A DNA stretch of 64,000 nucleotides from Nanohaloarchaea archaeon B1-Br10_U2g1 (GCA_001563875.1 LKMN01000001.1:1-64000); one strand, 5' to 3'; counted from the stretch's first letter, positions 8,678 through 19,203 are shown. A program made the numbers and translations. The notes: generated from the sequence alone by a model not told the origin.

Positions 8678-9544
8678 ATGAAGCTTCCTTGGAGCAATGA
8701 AGACGAGATAGAAGAGCTCGAAAAAAAGGTAGAGAAACTTGAAGAAGAGAGGAGAAGGTTTGAGAAAAGGTTTGAAGCCGAGCAAGAGAGACGTAGAAAA
8801 CTTTCAAAACAGAAACAAGATGCTGAAAGACAAGTAAATCGGTTAAAAGATAAGATAAGGTCTTTAGAAAAGACGGAAGAAAAAGAAGAGAAAGAGCAAG
8901 CTCAAAAGTTTCGGCAGATAAGCTTCGACGAAGGTTACCGCATGTTACAGAAACTTGGAGCTCTCAAATCGGACAGGAAAGATCTTGTTACCGTATATTC
9001 TCCAGATAAACTAGATGGATTCCATGATATGAAATCGTTGAAAAACTCTGCAACAAAGAAACAGTACACAAAAATCAAAGATGAAAACTGTTTCGCAGCT
9101 TTCCTCGACCAGGACACAGTGAATACTATACTGAAGACAGCTCCATTTTTCCAAGAAGAGCTCGTTATAGATAAAGAGTTCTGTACAGAGAAACTCTTAG
9201 AGTTTATAGAGAAGGAGAAACACTGGGTACTAGTCTCAGCAGGAGAGACAAATATATACAGGGAAGAGAAAGGTCAAACCGAAGAGATAGACAGAATCAA
9301 ATCAAGAGTCAACAGAAAACACTCGAGTGGAGGATTCTCACAGGACCGTTTTGAAAGGAAGAGGCTTGAACAGATAGACAACCATATTGAACAGGTTAGG
9401 GAGGAGCTAAGTAGTCTAGAAGAAGTGTATCTTCTCGGGGAAAAAGAGCTCTGTGAAGAGCTACCTGGAGAATATCTAGGAGGATTTGATCCGAATAAAT
9501 CCAAGCCAGAACAGTTTTACAGATTCCAGAAGCTAAGTTTCTAG
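8678..9544 (+). CDS. Vms1/ANKZF1-like release-factor-fold protein (archaeal VLRF1) with N-terminal coiled coil
   Basis: KHSSGGFSQDRFER loop; long charged coiled coil; ATG at 8678. Confidence 0.8.
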   Translation: MKLPWSNEDEIEELEKKVEKLEEERRRFEKRFEAEQERRRKLSKQKQDAERQVNRLKDKIRSLEKTEEKEEKEQAQKFRQISFDEGYRMLQKLGALKSDRKDLVTVYSPDKLDGFHDMKSLKNSATKKQYTKIKDENCFAAFLDQDTVNTILKTAPFFQEELVIDKEFCTEKLLEFIEKEKHWVLVSAGETNIYREEKGQTEEIDRIKSRVNRKHSSGGFSQDRFERKRLEQIDNHIEQVREELSSLEEVYLLGEKELCEELPGEYLGGFDPNKSKPEQFYRFQKLSF

Positions 9545-9582
9545 AAACAGAATATATTAAATCAAGTATCTGTTTTAAACAT

Positions 9583-10227
9583 ATGGACAATTCGGAAAAA
9601 CGGATAAGAAAGCTTTACCAGCGGCTCCTAGCAAAGTATGGGGAGCCAGAACAACCAAGAGAGATGTCGGGGATAGACTATGTTATAGAGACAATCCTCT
9701 CACAGAACACAAACGATATATCGAGAGACAAAGCGTTCAAACAGCTGAAAGACAGATTCGGAGACAACTATGAAGCGATAGAGAACGCAGATATAGATGA
9801 AGTCATAGAATGTATACGTATCTGCGGATTAGGACCTACAAAGGCAGAAAGGATACAGAAAACGTTACAAATAATACGAGAAGAACGGGAAGAGTACTCT
9901 ATAGAATTCCTTAAAGACATGGCTGTTGAAGATGCTAAGAACTGGCTGACAGAGATACCAGGTATCGGACCTAAGACCGCCTCCGTAATACTTGGATTCC
10001 ATTTTAAGATGCCTACGTTCCCTGTTGACACGCATGTACAGCGTTTAGCAACAGAATGTATGGAGCTGGTGCCTGAAGACTCTTCTCGTACACAGACCCA
10101 TAATATCCTGGAGGACAGAGTACCGGATGATATCAAATACGAGTTCCATATACTCCTGATAACTCATGGGAGAGAGGAATGCACGGCTAGAAATCCGGGA
10201 TGCGAGTTCTGTAATTTGGAACAATAA
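9583..10227 (+). CDS. nth: Endonuclease III (HhH-GPD glycosylase)
   Basis: ILSQNTND, IPGIGPKTA, PVDTHV, C-terminal Cys cluster. Confidence 0.9.
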   Translation: MDNSEKRIRKLYQRLLAKYGEPEQPREMSGIDYVIETILSQNTNDISRDKAFKQLKDRFGDNYEAIENADIDEVIECIRICGLGPTKAERIQKTLQIIREEREEYSIEFLKDMAVEDAKNWLTEIPGIGPKTASVILGFHFKMPTFPVDTHVQRLATECMELVPEDSSRTQTHNILEDRVPDDIKYEFHILLITHGREECTARNPGCEFCNLEQ

Positions 10228-10263
10228 ACTTTTACTTTAAGAATATGAGAAGAGGAATAAAAT

Positions 10264-10494
10264 TTATTCCTCGTTGTCTTCTAGTTCGTCTTGGACTTCG
10301 CTCATTGCAGCTTCTTGCTGTTCTTGCATCTCTTCAACGATCTCTTGTGCTTTCTCGTTGATTGTGTCTTGGTCAACTATTCCTTCTTCCTGTAGTACGG
10401 ATAGAAGTGCGTGAGTTGTTAGTTCTAGATTTCCTAATTTCTGCTGCATCATCTGCATCATTTGCTGTGCGTCCATTTGTGGTTGTTCTGTCAT
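10264..10494 (-). CDS. Small Q/M/E-rich helical hypothetical protein
   Basis: 76-aa ORF with AGGTGA SD. Confidence 0.7.
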   Translation of the reverse strand: MTEQPQMDAQQMMQMMQQKLGNLELTTHALLSVLQEEGIVDQDTINEKAQEIVEEMQEQQEAAMSEVQDELEDNEE

Positions 10495-10591
10495 TAGTTA
10501 TTTCACCTGAAAAGAAGATAACAGGATATCAACCTGCCACCCCTACACCTATTCAACCGATAATCCTCAACTTTTATAAATAGGCCGAGTT

Positions 10592-10987
10592 TTACAACGG
10601 GGTTCTGGCACCACATGCTTGGCACTTCATAATCTCAACCCCTTTCTCCTTAGTTAATTCTGTGTCAGGCCTTGAACACTCGCCGCAGAACACATAATCG
10701 TCGGCGTAACTCTCAATCCTTCTCTGTACATTTCCGCGTCTGAACTCTCCGTTTAAGACTAGCTCATTTCCTTCGATATGTCCAGCAGTACCTAACTCGT
10801 TCTGTACATACTTCGAGAAGTGTTTCTCATCTCTTCCAAATCTGGAGGCTATATCTGAGAAATTAGTTATTATCGTCTTTGAACCTGACTTCCGGGTATC
10901 AACTTCAGGCATCTCGAAACGGTCTCCGTCCCCAAGATCCTCCGCCTGTTCAATACCTTTATCTAAAAGTTCTTCGTAATTAGTCAT
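10592..10987 (-). CDS. eif2b: Translation initiation factor 2 subunit beta
   Basis: KTIITNF, ELGTAG, CGECSRPDT..CQACGA zinc ribbon. Confidence 0.95.
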   Translation of the reverse strand: MTNYEELLDKGIEQAEDLGDGDRFEMPEVDTRKSGSKTIITNFSDIASRFGRDEKHFSKYVQNELGTAGHIEGNELVLNGEFRRGNVQRRIESYADDYVFCGECSRPDTELTKEKGVEIMKCQACGARTPL

Positions 10988-11026
10988 AACCCAAACTTAA
11001 AGGTGAAGATTCTTAACTAGTGGTGT

Positions 11027-11467
11027 TCAGTCAAGGTTGGAACTAAGAGTTTCCAGAATCTCTTTTCTCTGCTGAGGTAGACCGCTTGAGATGTTAGCTA
11101 TTCCGTTTAAAGCCTCACTATCGGAAATATTGGATTCGTGGAATAGGAGTATTCCTTCTTTCGCGGTAAGTACATGGTTGTAGTAAGGTATGAGCATCGT
11201 TATCTCTTCCTCCGTCAGCAGGCCTATTTCTGATACGTTTTGCTCGTAGATGTGGGTGGAAAGCACCTCTTGAGGCGGAACAGAGCTTGGTTTTAGCTCT
11301 TTCAGACTGTTTACCTCCTCCATGTTCTTGATTTCACAGTAAAAAGCTCTTCTCAGTTTTTTTTCTTGATCTCTGTTTCCCTTTATATAAAGGCCAAAGC
11401 TACCTAAGATTGTGGATAGGAATCCCAACAAGACACCAAAGCTTACTTGGCTCAGTTGAGACCACAC
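11027..11467 (-). CDS. Hypothetical protein with N-terminal membrane anchor
   Basis: Hydrophobic N-terminus, GTG start 4 nt after the upstream gene. Confidence 0.6.
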   Translation of the reverse strand: MWSQLSQVSFGVLLGFLSTILGSFGLYIKGNRDQEKKLRRAFYCEIKNMEEVNSLKELKPSSVPPQEVLSTHIYEQNVSEIGLLTEEEITMLIPYYNHVLTAKEGILLFHESNISDSEALNGIANISSGLPQQRKEILETLSSNLD

Positions 11468-11471
11468 GTTA

Positions 11472-12215
11472 TCACAGCTTCTTGATTTTTCCTGGCTGTG
11501 GTTCGTAGAAGGTTCCTTCGCTTAGTAAGGAGTTGATTGTTTCTTCCATTTCGTCTTCGGTCCCCTCTATTTCTTCTGCTATGTCTGCGTAGTCTGCTCC
11601 GTCTCCTTCATCAAGTTTTTCTACAGCATCGATAATCTCGATTTCCAAGTTGCTGTTTCCGCCGTTATCAGTGTTGTCGAACTGTTCTCCGAAAGACTGT
11701 AGTAGTGAATCGACTTCGTCCTCATCCAGTTTTCCGGCCATTTCTTTTTCTATTTCTTTCTGGTCTTTACCGCTTTCCTTCAACTGTTTTACTGTTTCCC
11801 GAATCTGTTTCCATTCTTCTAGTGTCTTAACGTGTTTTAGTTCGTGTAGAAGCTCTTTCTTTATCTTCCGGTCTTTCAGTATTTCGGCGTTCATGTAGAT
11901 CTGTCCTTGGTACTCTCGGACTTTTCCTATCGCTTCTATTATGTCGCCTACTTCGAACTGTTTCAGCATATCCATCTCGTTGAAGAACTTTAACTGGATA
12001 GTGTCTGTCCCGTCGTCTACTGTTATTGATCCGTATGTCTCGTCTTCGTTCATAAAGGTGTCTACAACGGTTCCTACAACTCTGGCTCTTGAGAAGCGTC
12101 TTCCTTCAGGTGTTAGAAGGTAGTTTGGTGTGAATCCTTCTTTCTGAAAGTATTTGCCTGAGTTCAGTTCTTTTGCGTTTGCAAGTTTAGCGGTCTGCCT
12201 TTTCTGTTGTGCCAT
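11472..12215 (-). CDS. RPA32/RPA2-like OB-fold + winged-helix protein
   Basis: RARVVGTVV, VDDGTDTI, GKVREY; C-terminal EGTFYEPQPG wH; next to MCM. Confidence 0.8.
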   Translation of the reverse strand: MAQQKRQTAKLANAKELNSGKYFQKEGFTPNYLLTPEGRRFSRARVVGTVVDTFMNEDETYGSITVDDGTDTIQLKFFNEMDMLKQFEVGDIIEAIGKVREYQGQIYMNAEILKDRKIKKELLHELKHVKTLEEWKQIRETVKQLKESGKDQKEIEKEMAGKLDEDEVDSLLQSFGEQFDNTDNGGNSNLEIEIIDAVEKLDEGDGADYADIAEEIEGTEDEMEETINSLLSEGTFYEPQPGKIKKL

Positions 12216-12249
12216 AGTATCTTTTCTCGTAGTATATTCTTATCAAATT

Positions 12250-14238
12250 TTAGATTCTCTGGATGTGGCCTTGTTGAGGTTCGAACAGTTCGCCGTCTCT
12301 CTTCAGTCTGCTTATGACTTCTTCAGCTTTGTCGCGGGATATATCCTGTTCTTCAGCTATCTCCAAGACTTTTTCAATCTCTACTGAGCTTTCTCCGGCC
12401 TCAGACTCTATTATCTGTTTAACGGTCTGTAAACGGTTTCTCTGCGAGCTAGAGACACCCGACTCCATCATATCGATATCGAACTCTCCTGTCTCTGGAT
12501 CCACTCCAACCTGCTGTAGACAGTAAGTAAGTATGTCGATAGCTCTTTCCGCATCTTTTACTCTTACTTCTTCCTGTAGTTCTGCACGTGCAGATGCCTC
12601 TGCAACACGTACAAGTGCTTCTAACTGTCTTGCAGTTATAGGCACGCTTTCCCCTGCTTCATCGCTCCCACGCGAACGCATACTGACATAAAACTCCTGT
12701 ATCTTGTCTGCTGCCTCCTGAGTTAAATCAGGACGGTAGTTTTTCGAATATGCAACATATTTCCGGAGTTTTTCCTGTGGTATCTCGGCATCAGTCTCCT
12801 CAGGATTAATATGGTTCTTCAGGACCTGAGATGAAAGCTCTGTGTCCTTATCTTCGTCTGGTTCGTCTTTCACAGGGAATATAAAGTCGAAACGTGAAAG
12901 AAGGGTGTCTCCAATACTTATCTGCTGAGGGATCGGTTCATAAGGATCGAAACGTCCATATTTAGGGTTGCCTGCAGCAAGTATGGACGTCTGTGCGTTC
13001 AGCGTTGCCTGGATGTTTGCTTTGGATACGGATATCTGTTGTTGTTCCATGGCTTCGTGGAGGCTTGAACGGTCTTCCTCTCCCATCTTATCTATCTCGT
13101 CTATTACAGCCATACCCTTGTGTGCTAGTACTACGGCTCCTGCCTCTAGTTCGAACTCTCCTGTTGACTCATCTCTTACTACTGCAGCAGTTAAACCTGC
13201 TCCTGTTGAACTTTTACCTACTACGTAACGTCCTTTCGGCGCTAGTTGTCCTGTGAATTTCAGCATCTGGGATTTACCGGTTCCTGGCTCACCGATCAAA
13301 AGCATGTGTATGTCTCCACGGCTTTTAACACCGTCTTCACGTGTTTTTTTGACTCCTCCGAATATCTGGAGGGCTATGGCCTCTTTAATTTTCTTGTGGC
13401 CGAATATACTTGGAGCTATCGAGTTTGTTATGCGTTCAAATATTTTGGGGTCTTCAGCCATTTCTTCTATCTCTTTTGCTTCCTCTTCAGTTAGCTCTAG
13501 CTCCTCAAACTCCATCTGTGTAGGCTCTAAGTAGTTGGCCTCCATGTAGATATCGTATTTCTTGGAGTTCTTCTTCAGAGGTCTTTCCTTCAGTACTCCG
13601 GTTATTTCGGCTACGTTACCAGGTATAACCTTTTTCTGGAAGTCAGGGTCTACTAAGTCTCCTTCAAGTCTTATCTGTAGTGATGAAGGCTGCTCGGATC
13701 CGTCCCGTGACTCAGGATTCTCTTCGACAGTTATCATCTGTGTGTCAGTCATCTTTTTTTCGTGGACCTCGAACTTTCTAGATCCGCATTCGCATTTATA
13801 CGGGCTTTTGAGCTGTGAAGAGTCCTGCTCCTTCTCTATCCTATCGCCACACTGACTGCATTCGAAGACAGCGGATACAACCTCTGGTTTTACCTGTGAA
13901 GCCCGTTTAATCATTCCTTCTACAGGTGTAAACCTTCCTAAATGTTCGGAACGCAGATTCTTCAGGAGTACGAAGTCTTCTTCAGGCATATTTGTGAAAC
14001 GTATTTCAAACTCTTCGTCTGGAGCTATATCGACTCCTAGAACACCTTCTTGAGCTGCTTCTATAGCCGATTCTGGTTCGTCTTTCAGATACTCTCCTAG
14101 TTCTAGGTTGAACAAGTCCAGTTCTTGAAAATCGACTACTACAGAGTTCTCTCCTTTCTGTACGGCTTGAGCCACATCTTCATAGTATTTCTCTGAGAAA
14201 AACTCCTCGAATTCGTTTACTGCCTCCCCGTACTCCAT
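12250..14238 (-). CDS. mcm: MCM replicative helicase (no intein)
   Basis: GEPGTGKSQ, IDEIDKM, LLSRFD, ITARQLEAL. Confidence 0.97.
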   Translation of the reverse strand: MEYGEAVNEFEEFFSEKYYEDVAQAVQKGENSVVVDFQELDLFNLELGEYLKDEPESAIEAAQEGVLGVDIAPDEEFEIRFTNMPEEDFVLLKNLRSEHLGRFTPVEGMIKRASQVKPEVVSAVFECSQCGDRIEKEQDSSQLKSPYKCECGSRKFEVHEKKMTDTQMITVEENPESRDGSEQPSSLQIRLEGDLVDPDFQKKVIPGNVAEITGVLKERPLKKNSKKYDIYMEANYLEPTQMEFEELELTEEEAKEIEEMAEDPKIFERITNSIAPSIFGHKKIKEAIALQIFGGVKKTREDGVKSRGDIHMLLIGEPGTGKSQMLKFTGQLAPKGRYVVGKSSTGAGLTAAVVRDESTGEFELEAGAVVLAHKGMAVIDEIDKMGEEDRSSLHEAMEQQQISVSKANIQATLNAQTSILAAGNPKYGRFDPYEPIPQQISIGDTLLSRFDFIFPVKDEPDEDKDTELSSQVLKNHINPEETDAEIPQEKLRKYVAYSKNYRPDLTQEAADKIQEFYVSMRSRGSDEAGESVPITARQLEALVRVAEASARAELQEEVRVKDAERAIDILTYCLQQVGVDPETGEFDIDMMESGVSSSQRNRLQTVKQIIESEAGESSVEIEKVLEIAEEQDISRDKAEEVISRLKRDGELFEPQQGHIQRI

Positions 14239-14293
14239 ATACTATACTTGGTTGGAAAGAATGATAAAAACACTCTTTGCCCATACTATGCAT

Positions 14294-14596
14294 ATGTCCG
14301 AACAGGTACTGGAAAGAGAAGAGATAGATAAGAAACTTGAAGAACTTAAAATCTGGAGCTACCACGACGGAAAGCTTGTTACGCGGGTGGAGTTCGAAGG
14401 CTTCAAAGAGCCAGTGTTTTTCGCGAACACTGTATTCGCGGTTGCAGAAGCCGAGTTCCATCATCCTACTGTAAAAGTTGAGTATGGGGCTGTCGAGATT
14501 GATCTATGGAGTCATGACGTCGAAGGCGTTACTGAAAGAGATTTAGATATGGCGGAAAAGATAGAAAAAAAGCTCAGTGAAATGGATTGGAGCTGA
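14294..14596 (+). CDS. Pterin-4-alpha-carbinolamine dehydratase family protein
   Basis: AEAEFHHP, WSHDVEGVTERD; start 14288 or 14294. Confidence 0.85.
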   Translation: MSEQVLEREEIDKKLEELKIWSYHDGKLVTRVEFEGFKEPVFFANTVFAVAEAEFHHPTVKVEYGAVEIDLWSHDVEGVTERDLDMAEKIEKKLSEMDWS

Positions 14597-14602
14597 TAAG
14601 TA

Positions 14603-15040
14603 TTGAGGGTCCCTGAGGACGCTACCAGAGACTTTACTGCAGGAGCTTTCATAGTCGAAGATGGCAAAATATTGCTTTTAAACCATAAGAAGCTTGGCTT
14701 CTGGGTCCAGCCCGGAGGGCATGTTGAAGAAGATGAGACTCCTGATGAAGCTGCTGTAAGAGAGGCTTTGGAGGAGACAGGTTTAGAGGTCGAGCTCTTG
14801 GAGAAAGATGAAAAAGTTGGTGAAAGTTCTTTTAATCTGCCTAAACCATTCAATGTGAACTTACATAAAATCAGAGAAGGTCACTGGCACTGTGATTTCC
14901 AGTACCTTGCAAAGCCTGTAAGACAGATTGAAGAAAAAGAGTATGCGGATAAAGATATAAAATGGCTATCTCCAGAGGAATTAGATAGTTTAGAAATACC
15001 TGACAATACTAGAGAAACTGCTTTAAGAGCTTTGGATTAA
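14603..15040 (+). CDS. NUDIX hydrolase
   Basis: [24 protein letters not shown]. Confidence 0.9.
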   Translation: MRVPEDATRDFTAGAFIVEDGKILLLNHKKLGFWVQPGGHVEEDETPDEAAVREALEETGLEVELLEKDEKVGESSFNLPKPFNVNLHKIREGHWHCDFQYLAKPVRQIEEKEYADKDIKWLSPEELDSLEIPDNTRETALRALD

Positions 15041-15477
15041 CGAGAGTCAATTAAACGTTCTTTTGAAATACTTTTCTTGTCTTTAACGTCTCTAAGCATC
15101 TTGTTTCTATTTCCTTTCCTTAAACTAAGCTTCTTAGCATCACCAAGAGAGTAGAACTGTGTGTCAAGAATTTCGTCTTCAGTGTCGGGGTTCCTTTCTC
15201 CTTCACCCACTATTTCTGAGTTGTAAAGAAATACCACTACGTTTTCTCCTGTTCTCGCACTTTTTTCGAGGTATATCCCTATGAGTTCTTCGGGCTCGAC
15301 TATATAACCGGTTTCCTCAAGCACTTCTCTTCTGACTCCGTCTTTGAGATTTTCGTCCCCTTCTAGTTTGCCTCCTGGGAAGTCCCAGAGACCTTTTACA
15401 TGTTCTTTGCCTTCTTGTACTAGGAGCAGTTTTTCTTCCTGATTCCTTACTGCTGCAGCTGTGGCTAGGATAGTCAT
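15037..15477 (-). CDS. NUDIX hydrolase (MutT-like)
   Basis: [24 protein letters not shown]. Confidence 0.9.
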   Translation of the reverse strand: MTILATAAAVRNQEEKLLLVQEGKEHVKGLWDFPGGKLEGDENLKDGVRREVLEETGYIVEPEELIGIYLEKSARTGENVVVFLYNSEIVGEGERNPDTEDEILDTQFYSLGDAKKLSLRKGNRNKMLRDVKDKKSISKERLIDSR

Positions 15478-15509
15478 CTCAGTTAAAAATAGGAGAAATA
15501 AATATGTGT

Positions 15510-16073
15510 TTAAAGAGCTCCGATCTCTCGGAGATTCTCTTTAAGTGTTTCGATACCATTTCTGACGTCGTCGTAGGTTCTTCCGCCTGTACAGACGATT
15601 CTTCCTGATGAGAAGAGTAGGAACACTACTTTTGGTTCGTCTATACGGTATACGAGTCCTGGGAACTGTTCCGGCTCGTACTCTGTACCTACCAGTTCGA
15701 ATGCTATCCTGTTCAGGTTGAGTGTAGCTCCTATTTCGCTTGAAGCTACCATGTTCTGTACTGTTATGTCTGGTTTTCCTGGGATGTCTATCTCTGCTTC
15801 ACGTAGTTCGTCTATAATCTTATGTACAGCTTCCTTTGCCATGTCCGGGCTCTGTGTTCCTGTACATACTACTTTCCCTGATCCGAATAGTAGTGCGGCT
15901 GCTTTGGGTTCTTTTAGTCTGTATACGAGTCCTGGGAACTGTTCTGGCTCGTATTCTGTGTTTTCTAGGTAGATAGCTATCCTGTCGAGAGGCATTCTTC
16001 TGTCTAGTGTTGTTGATGCTACAACGTTCTCAATTTTGATACCGTCATCGTCGTCGAAACCTTCTTCGCTCAT
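15510..16073 (-). CDS. tbp: TATA-box binding protein
   Basis: Two [13 protein letters not shown] repeats. Confidence 0.97.
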   Translation of the reverse strand: MSEEGFDDDDGIKIENVVASTTLDRRMPLDRIAIYLENTEYEPEQFPGLVYRLKEPKAAALLFGSGKVVCTGTQSPDMAKEAVHKIIDELREAEIDIPGKPDITVQNMVASSEIGATLNLNRIAFELVGTEYEPEQFPGLVYRIDEPKVVFLLFSSGRIVCTGGRTYDDVRNGIETLKENLREIGAL

Positions 16074-16245
16074 AAAATATCACCTTTTTTGTGTTTGGGC
16101 TTGGATAAAACACATTTTGTTTTTAAAGCCTTTAGACCTTCATTTAAAAATGAACTCTTTTAAAAGGTGTGACCACAAAGCCTCAAGGATATGGTATAAC
16201 CTAGACTCAATACTGGTATAAAAGATGTAAGAAATACATTATCGT

Positions 16246-16440
16246 ATGCAAACAGAGTCACGTCAAATATTTATCTTGCTAGGATTCATGTTTCTCTTGG
16301 TAACCGCAACTCTGTTCGTATTTGTGTATGCTCCTCAACCTGTAGAGCCTCTTAGTCTTACAGGAGAAGACATAGTTGGATATGCTGATGACTTCTTTAC
16401 CTGGGTGGGAGATACGTTAATTGATTTATTGACGGACTGA
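16246..16440 (+). CDS. Small membrane protein
   Basis: 64 aa with one TM segment. Confidence 0.55.
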   Translation: MQTESRQIFILLGFMFLLVTATLFVFVYAPQPVEPLSLTGEDIVGYADDFFTWVGDTLIDLLTD

Positions 16441-17016
16441 TTACTTTCCTTTACCGTCTTTAGCTCCCTGTGAAGGTCTAACCTTTTCCGCGCCTTTTCC
16501 TTTGTTGTCTAATCCTCTAGAACTTCTTGCTGCCGGAGTCAGACCTCTTTGTACTCTGTTCTTCTCTCCTGTAATCCAGTTGATGTCGTTATCATTCTTG
16601 ATTTCCGGTGCTTCAGGATCTACCATAATTACTTCGAACCATTTGTAGTTTCCGTCTTCCATCACCCAGTAGCTGTCAAGTACTTCAAGGTTTTCGTACT
16701 TTCTTGATGCTCTCTCTTCAGCTATCACTTGTTTAGACTTTTTCGAAGAGTAACGGTTCTGTCCTGCTCTTTTAGGTCTTCTTCCGCCAGATGCTCTTTT
16801 TCTTTTGCTTCCTCCTTTTGCTATACGGGATCTGATAACATTGAAGCCTTTCTTAGCTTTGTATCCTTTAGTTCTGGCTTTAGGTATTCTTGTAGGTTTC
16901 TCTGCCTCTACTGTTGCCTCTTGTTTTCTCCATTCAACGAGTCTGTCTTGCCATATTTCGTCAAGATTCTCCTTTGGCTGTTCATAATGTTCCCGTGCGT
17001 ACTTGTAGTAACTCAT
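16441..17016 (-). CDS. rpl15e: 50S ribosomal protein L15e
   Basis: GYKAKKG, IAEERASRK, LEVLDSYWV, RGLTPAA; ATG at 17016. Confidence 0.97.
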   Translation of the reverse strand: MSYYKYAREHYEQPKENLDEIWQDRLVEWRKQEATVEAEKPTRIPKARTKGYKAKKGFNVIRSRIAKGGSKRKRASGGRRPKRAGQNRYSSKKSKQVIAEERASRKYENLEVLDSYWVMEDGNYKWFEVIMVDPEAPEIKNDNDINWITGEKNRVQRGLTPAARSSRGLDNKGKGAEKVRPSQGAKDGKGK

Positions 17017-17149
17017 TTTTTGATAGCCTCTTACAGCAAAAGATAACACGAAAATATTATAAACTCTGTTAAAGTTGAACGGTCCTTCCACGGTGTTGTA
17101 ACTCCGAAACACATAAAACATAGATGTGTTATTATTCCGATGTGATACT

Positions 17150-17488
17150 ATGAATCCAGCTTTAAAGATTGTTGTAGGCGCCCTTATGATAGTACTAGGA
17201 GTTTACAGTTCAGTAACATTTTGGAACGAACTTCTAACACTGGTTCAAGCAGGTGTTGGACCTTTACTAGTCCTCATAGGTGCGTTTATAGTCTGGCTTG
17301 AAAGTGATGAGCTTAAGATGAGAAGACAGCAAAAACAGGAAGGCAGAAAGGGTTTTGAACAGTTCGCTCGTGATAATGAAGAAGAACAAACCGAGCCAGA
17401 TGTAGAAGGACATGCTTGTTCGGAGTGTGGAAAAAGTTTCGACACAGAGAGAGGACTGAACATCCACAAAGCACAGAAACACAAATGA
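17150..17488 (+). CDS. Two-TM membrane protein with C-terminal C2H2 zinc finger
   Basis: Two hydrophobic helices; CSECGKSFDTERGLNIHKAQKH. Confidence 0.75.
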   Translation: MNPALKIVVGALMIVLGVYSSVTFWNELLTLVQAGVGPLLVLIGAFIVWLESDELKMRRQQKQEGRKGFEQFARDNEEEQTEPDVEGHACSECGKSFDTERGLNIHKAQKHK

Positions 17489-17535
17489 ACCAAGCCTATC
17501 CTAAAATACCTGTATTTCCTTAATTTTTCTTTTGA

Positions 17536-19203
17536 TTATTGTTGATTGAAAAGATCTCTGACCTTCTGAACTGAATCAGGTACATCTTTGTCATCTCTAA
17601 AGCTCTTCAAACGTGGAAAGCGTAAAGCATAACCGGAAGAGTAGTTAGGTGACTTTTGAATTTCTTCGTACTCGGCTTCAACCATTACTTCTGGTTTGAT
17701 ATCTATGTCCCGACCATCTTCATCAATAATTAATGGTTTCAGACGTTTGGTAAGCTCTTCAAGCTGTTCGTCTGTCAGACCGGTCGCCATCTTCCCGACC
17801 TCAAGATATTCGTCTTTCTCAGGGCTGTAACACCCCAGTTTGAAGCTTCCGATCCAGCCCTTTCTTCTGCCTTCGCCCCATTCTCCACCTACTATAGCGA
17901 GATCAAGGGTCTCCATGACAGGTTTCAGCTTTACCATGTATCCTACTCTTGATCCAGGCTTGTAACGGGCGTCGAGTGCCTTCATCATTATGCCTTCGTG
18001 TCCTTCGCTCAGGGACTTTTGCTGCATAGAAACGACTTCGTCTTCACTTTCCGTAACCGCCCTATCAACCAGCTTGAATTCCTTATCGCTCTCTTGGACC
18101 ACTTCCACTAATTTCTCCCATCTAATGCGGTAGTCTTCATTCAGAAGAGAGTTGTCAAGATACAGTATATCAAAGGGACGTACTTCTACCGGTATCTGTT
18201 CTTTAAGTCTCTGGATTTCGTACTTCCTCTTTATCCTCTTAGAAAGCTTCTGGAACGGTACTTTAGAATAGTCTTCAGGGTTGTAGGCCACGATTTCTGT
18301 ATCAATTATAGCTTTATCGGCTTCTAAATTGGTTTTAACTGCTTTAACTACGTCTGGAAACTGTTTGGTAACTTCTTCAAGTCTGCGTGTGAAAACCTTT
18401 ACTTCGTCGTCTTTTTTATGTATCTGAGCCCGCATACCATCATATTTGTAGTCTATAGCTGCAGGTTTCCCCACTGTATCGAAGCCTTCCTCAACAGATT
18501 CAACCTTTTTAGCAAGCATAGATCTGATCGGCCGAAATATCTCTACTTCAAGGTTTTTTAGTCTTCCAACATCTTCTGTACAGGCCTTGGCTACGGTAGA
18601 GAAATCTGTTGTTAGGTCGTATGCTCTCTGGATTTCTTCGGTGTTTTCTCCTTGGAAAAAGGCTTCTGCTAAGGCGTCCCTAACTGTTCCCTCTCCTACT
18701 CCAAGCCTCATATTTTGCAGAACTGTTCTGGTTATATAACGTGCTTCTATAGGGCTAGCAGATGATATAAGCTCTGCAATATGTTTTTTCTTCTTATCCA
18801 TGTTGACCGACTCTAAGCTGTTCTCTCCCATCCTTGCTACTTTATCAGTTCTCTCCAGTACTTTTTCCGCTGTAAGTTCCTGGGTCATCAGCCTCTGCTG
18901 AGTCTTCCCCTCCACCATTTTCTCTGCCACTATTCCTAGATCGCCTTCCTCTTTCCAAGCCTTCTCTACTTCGCTCTCAGATTTTCCTGTTGCCTGGCTA
19001 ATAATGTCGACCATTGTACGGCTTGAGATACCGAGATCGAGGTCCTTCCATTTGGGGAAGGGTCTACCCATAGCTAGCAGTACTACTTCTTCTATATTTT
19101 CCTCCGATTCCGAGAATAGTTCAGCAAGTATGCTTGTCTTCTCTAAGGTGGACTGTGTTTTCTCCAGTTTCTGATAGGTTTCTACAAGTTTAGAGTACTT
19201 CAC
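17536..19203 (-). CDS. lig: ATP-dependent DNA ligase
   Basis: KYDGMRAQIH, EGIMMK, ALRFPR. Confidence 0.96.
   Translation of the reverse strand: MKYSKLVETYQKLEKTQSTLEKTSILAELFSESEENIEEVVLLAMGRPFPKWKDLDLGISSRTMVDIISQATGKSESEVEKAWKEEGDLGIVAEKMVEGKTQQRLMTQELTAEKVLERTDKVARMGENSLESVNMDKKKKHIAELISSASPIEARYITRTVLQNMRLGVGEGTVRDALAEAFFQGENTEEIQRAYDLTTDFSTVAKACTEDVGRLKNLEVEIFRPIRSMLAKKVESVEEGFDTVGKPAAIDYKYDGMRAQIHKKDDEVKVFTRRLEEVTKQFPDVVKAVKTNLEADKAIIDTEIVAYNPEDYSKVPFQKLSKRIKRKYEIQRLKEQIPVEVRPFDILYLDNSLLNEDYRIRWEKLVEVVQESDKEFKLVDRAVTESEDEVVSMQQKSLSEGHEGIMMKALDARYKPGSRVGYMVKLKPVMETLDLAIVGGEWGEGRRKGWIGSFKLGCYSPEKDEYLEVGKMATGLTDEQLEELTKRLKPLIIDEDGRDIDIKPEVMVEAEYEEIQKSPNYSSGYALRFPRLKSFRDDKDVPDSVQKVRDLFNQQ

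Noticed and set aside
12250-14238. Inteins in MCM (also checked atpA, atpB and lig)
   Set aside because: Lengths are canonical and the motifs are uninterrupted
14294-15477. PCD plus two NUDIX genes as a dedicated pathway
   Set aside because: Widespread housekeeping families; the second NUDIX is convergent and nothing else links them
15640-15955. Direct nucleotide repeat GAGTCCTGGGAACTGTT in tbp
   Set aside because: Reflects the normal two-fold internal repeat of TBP
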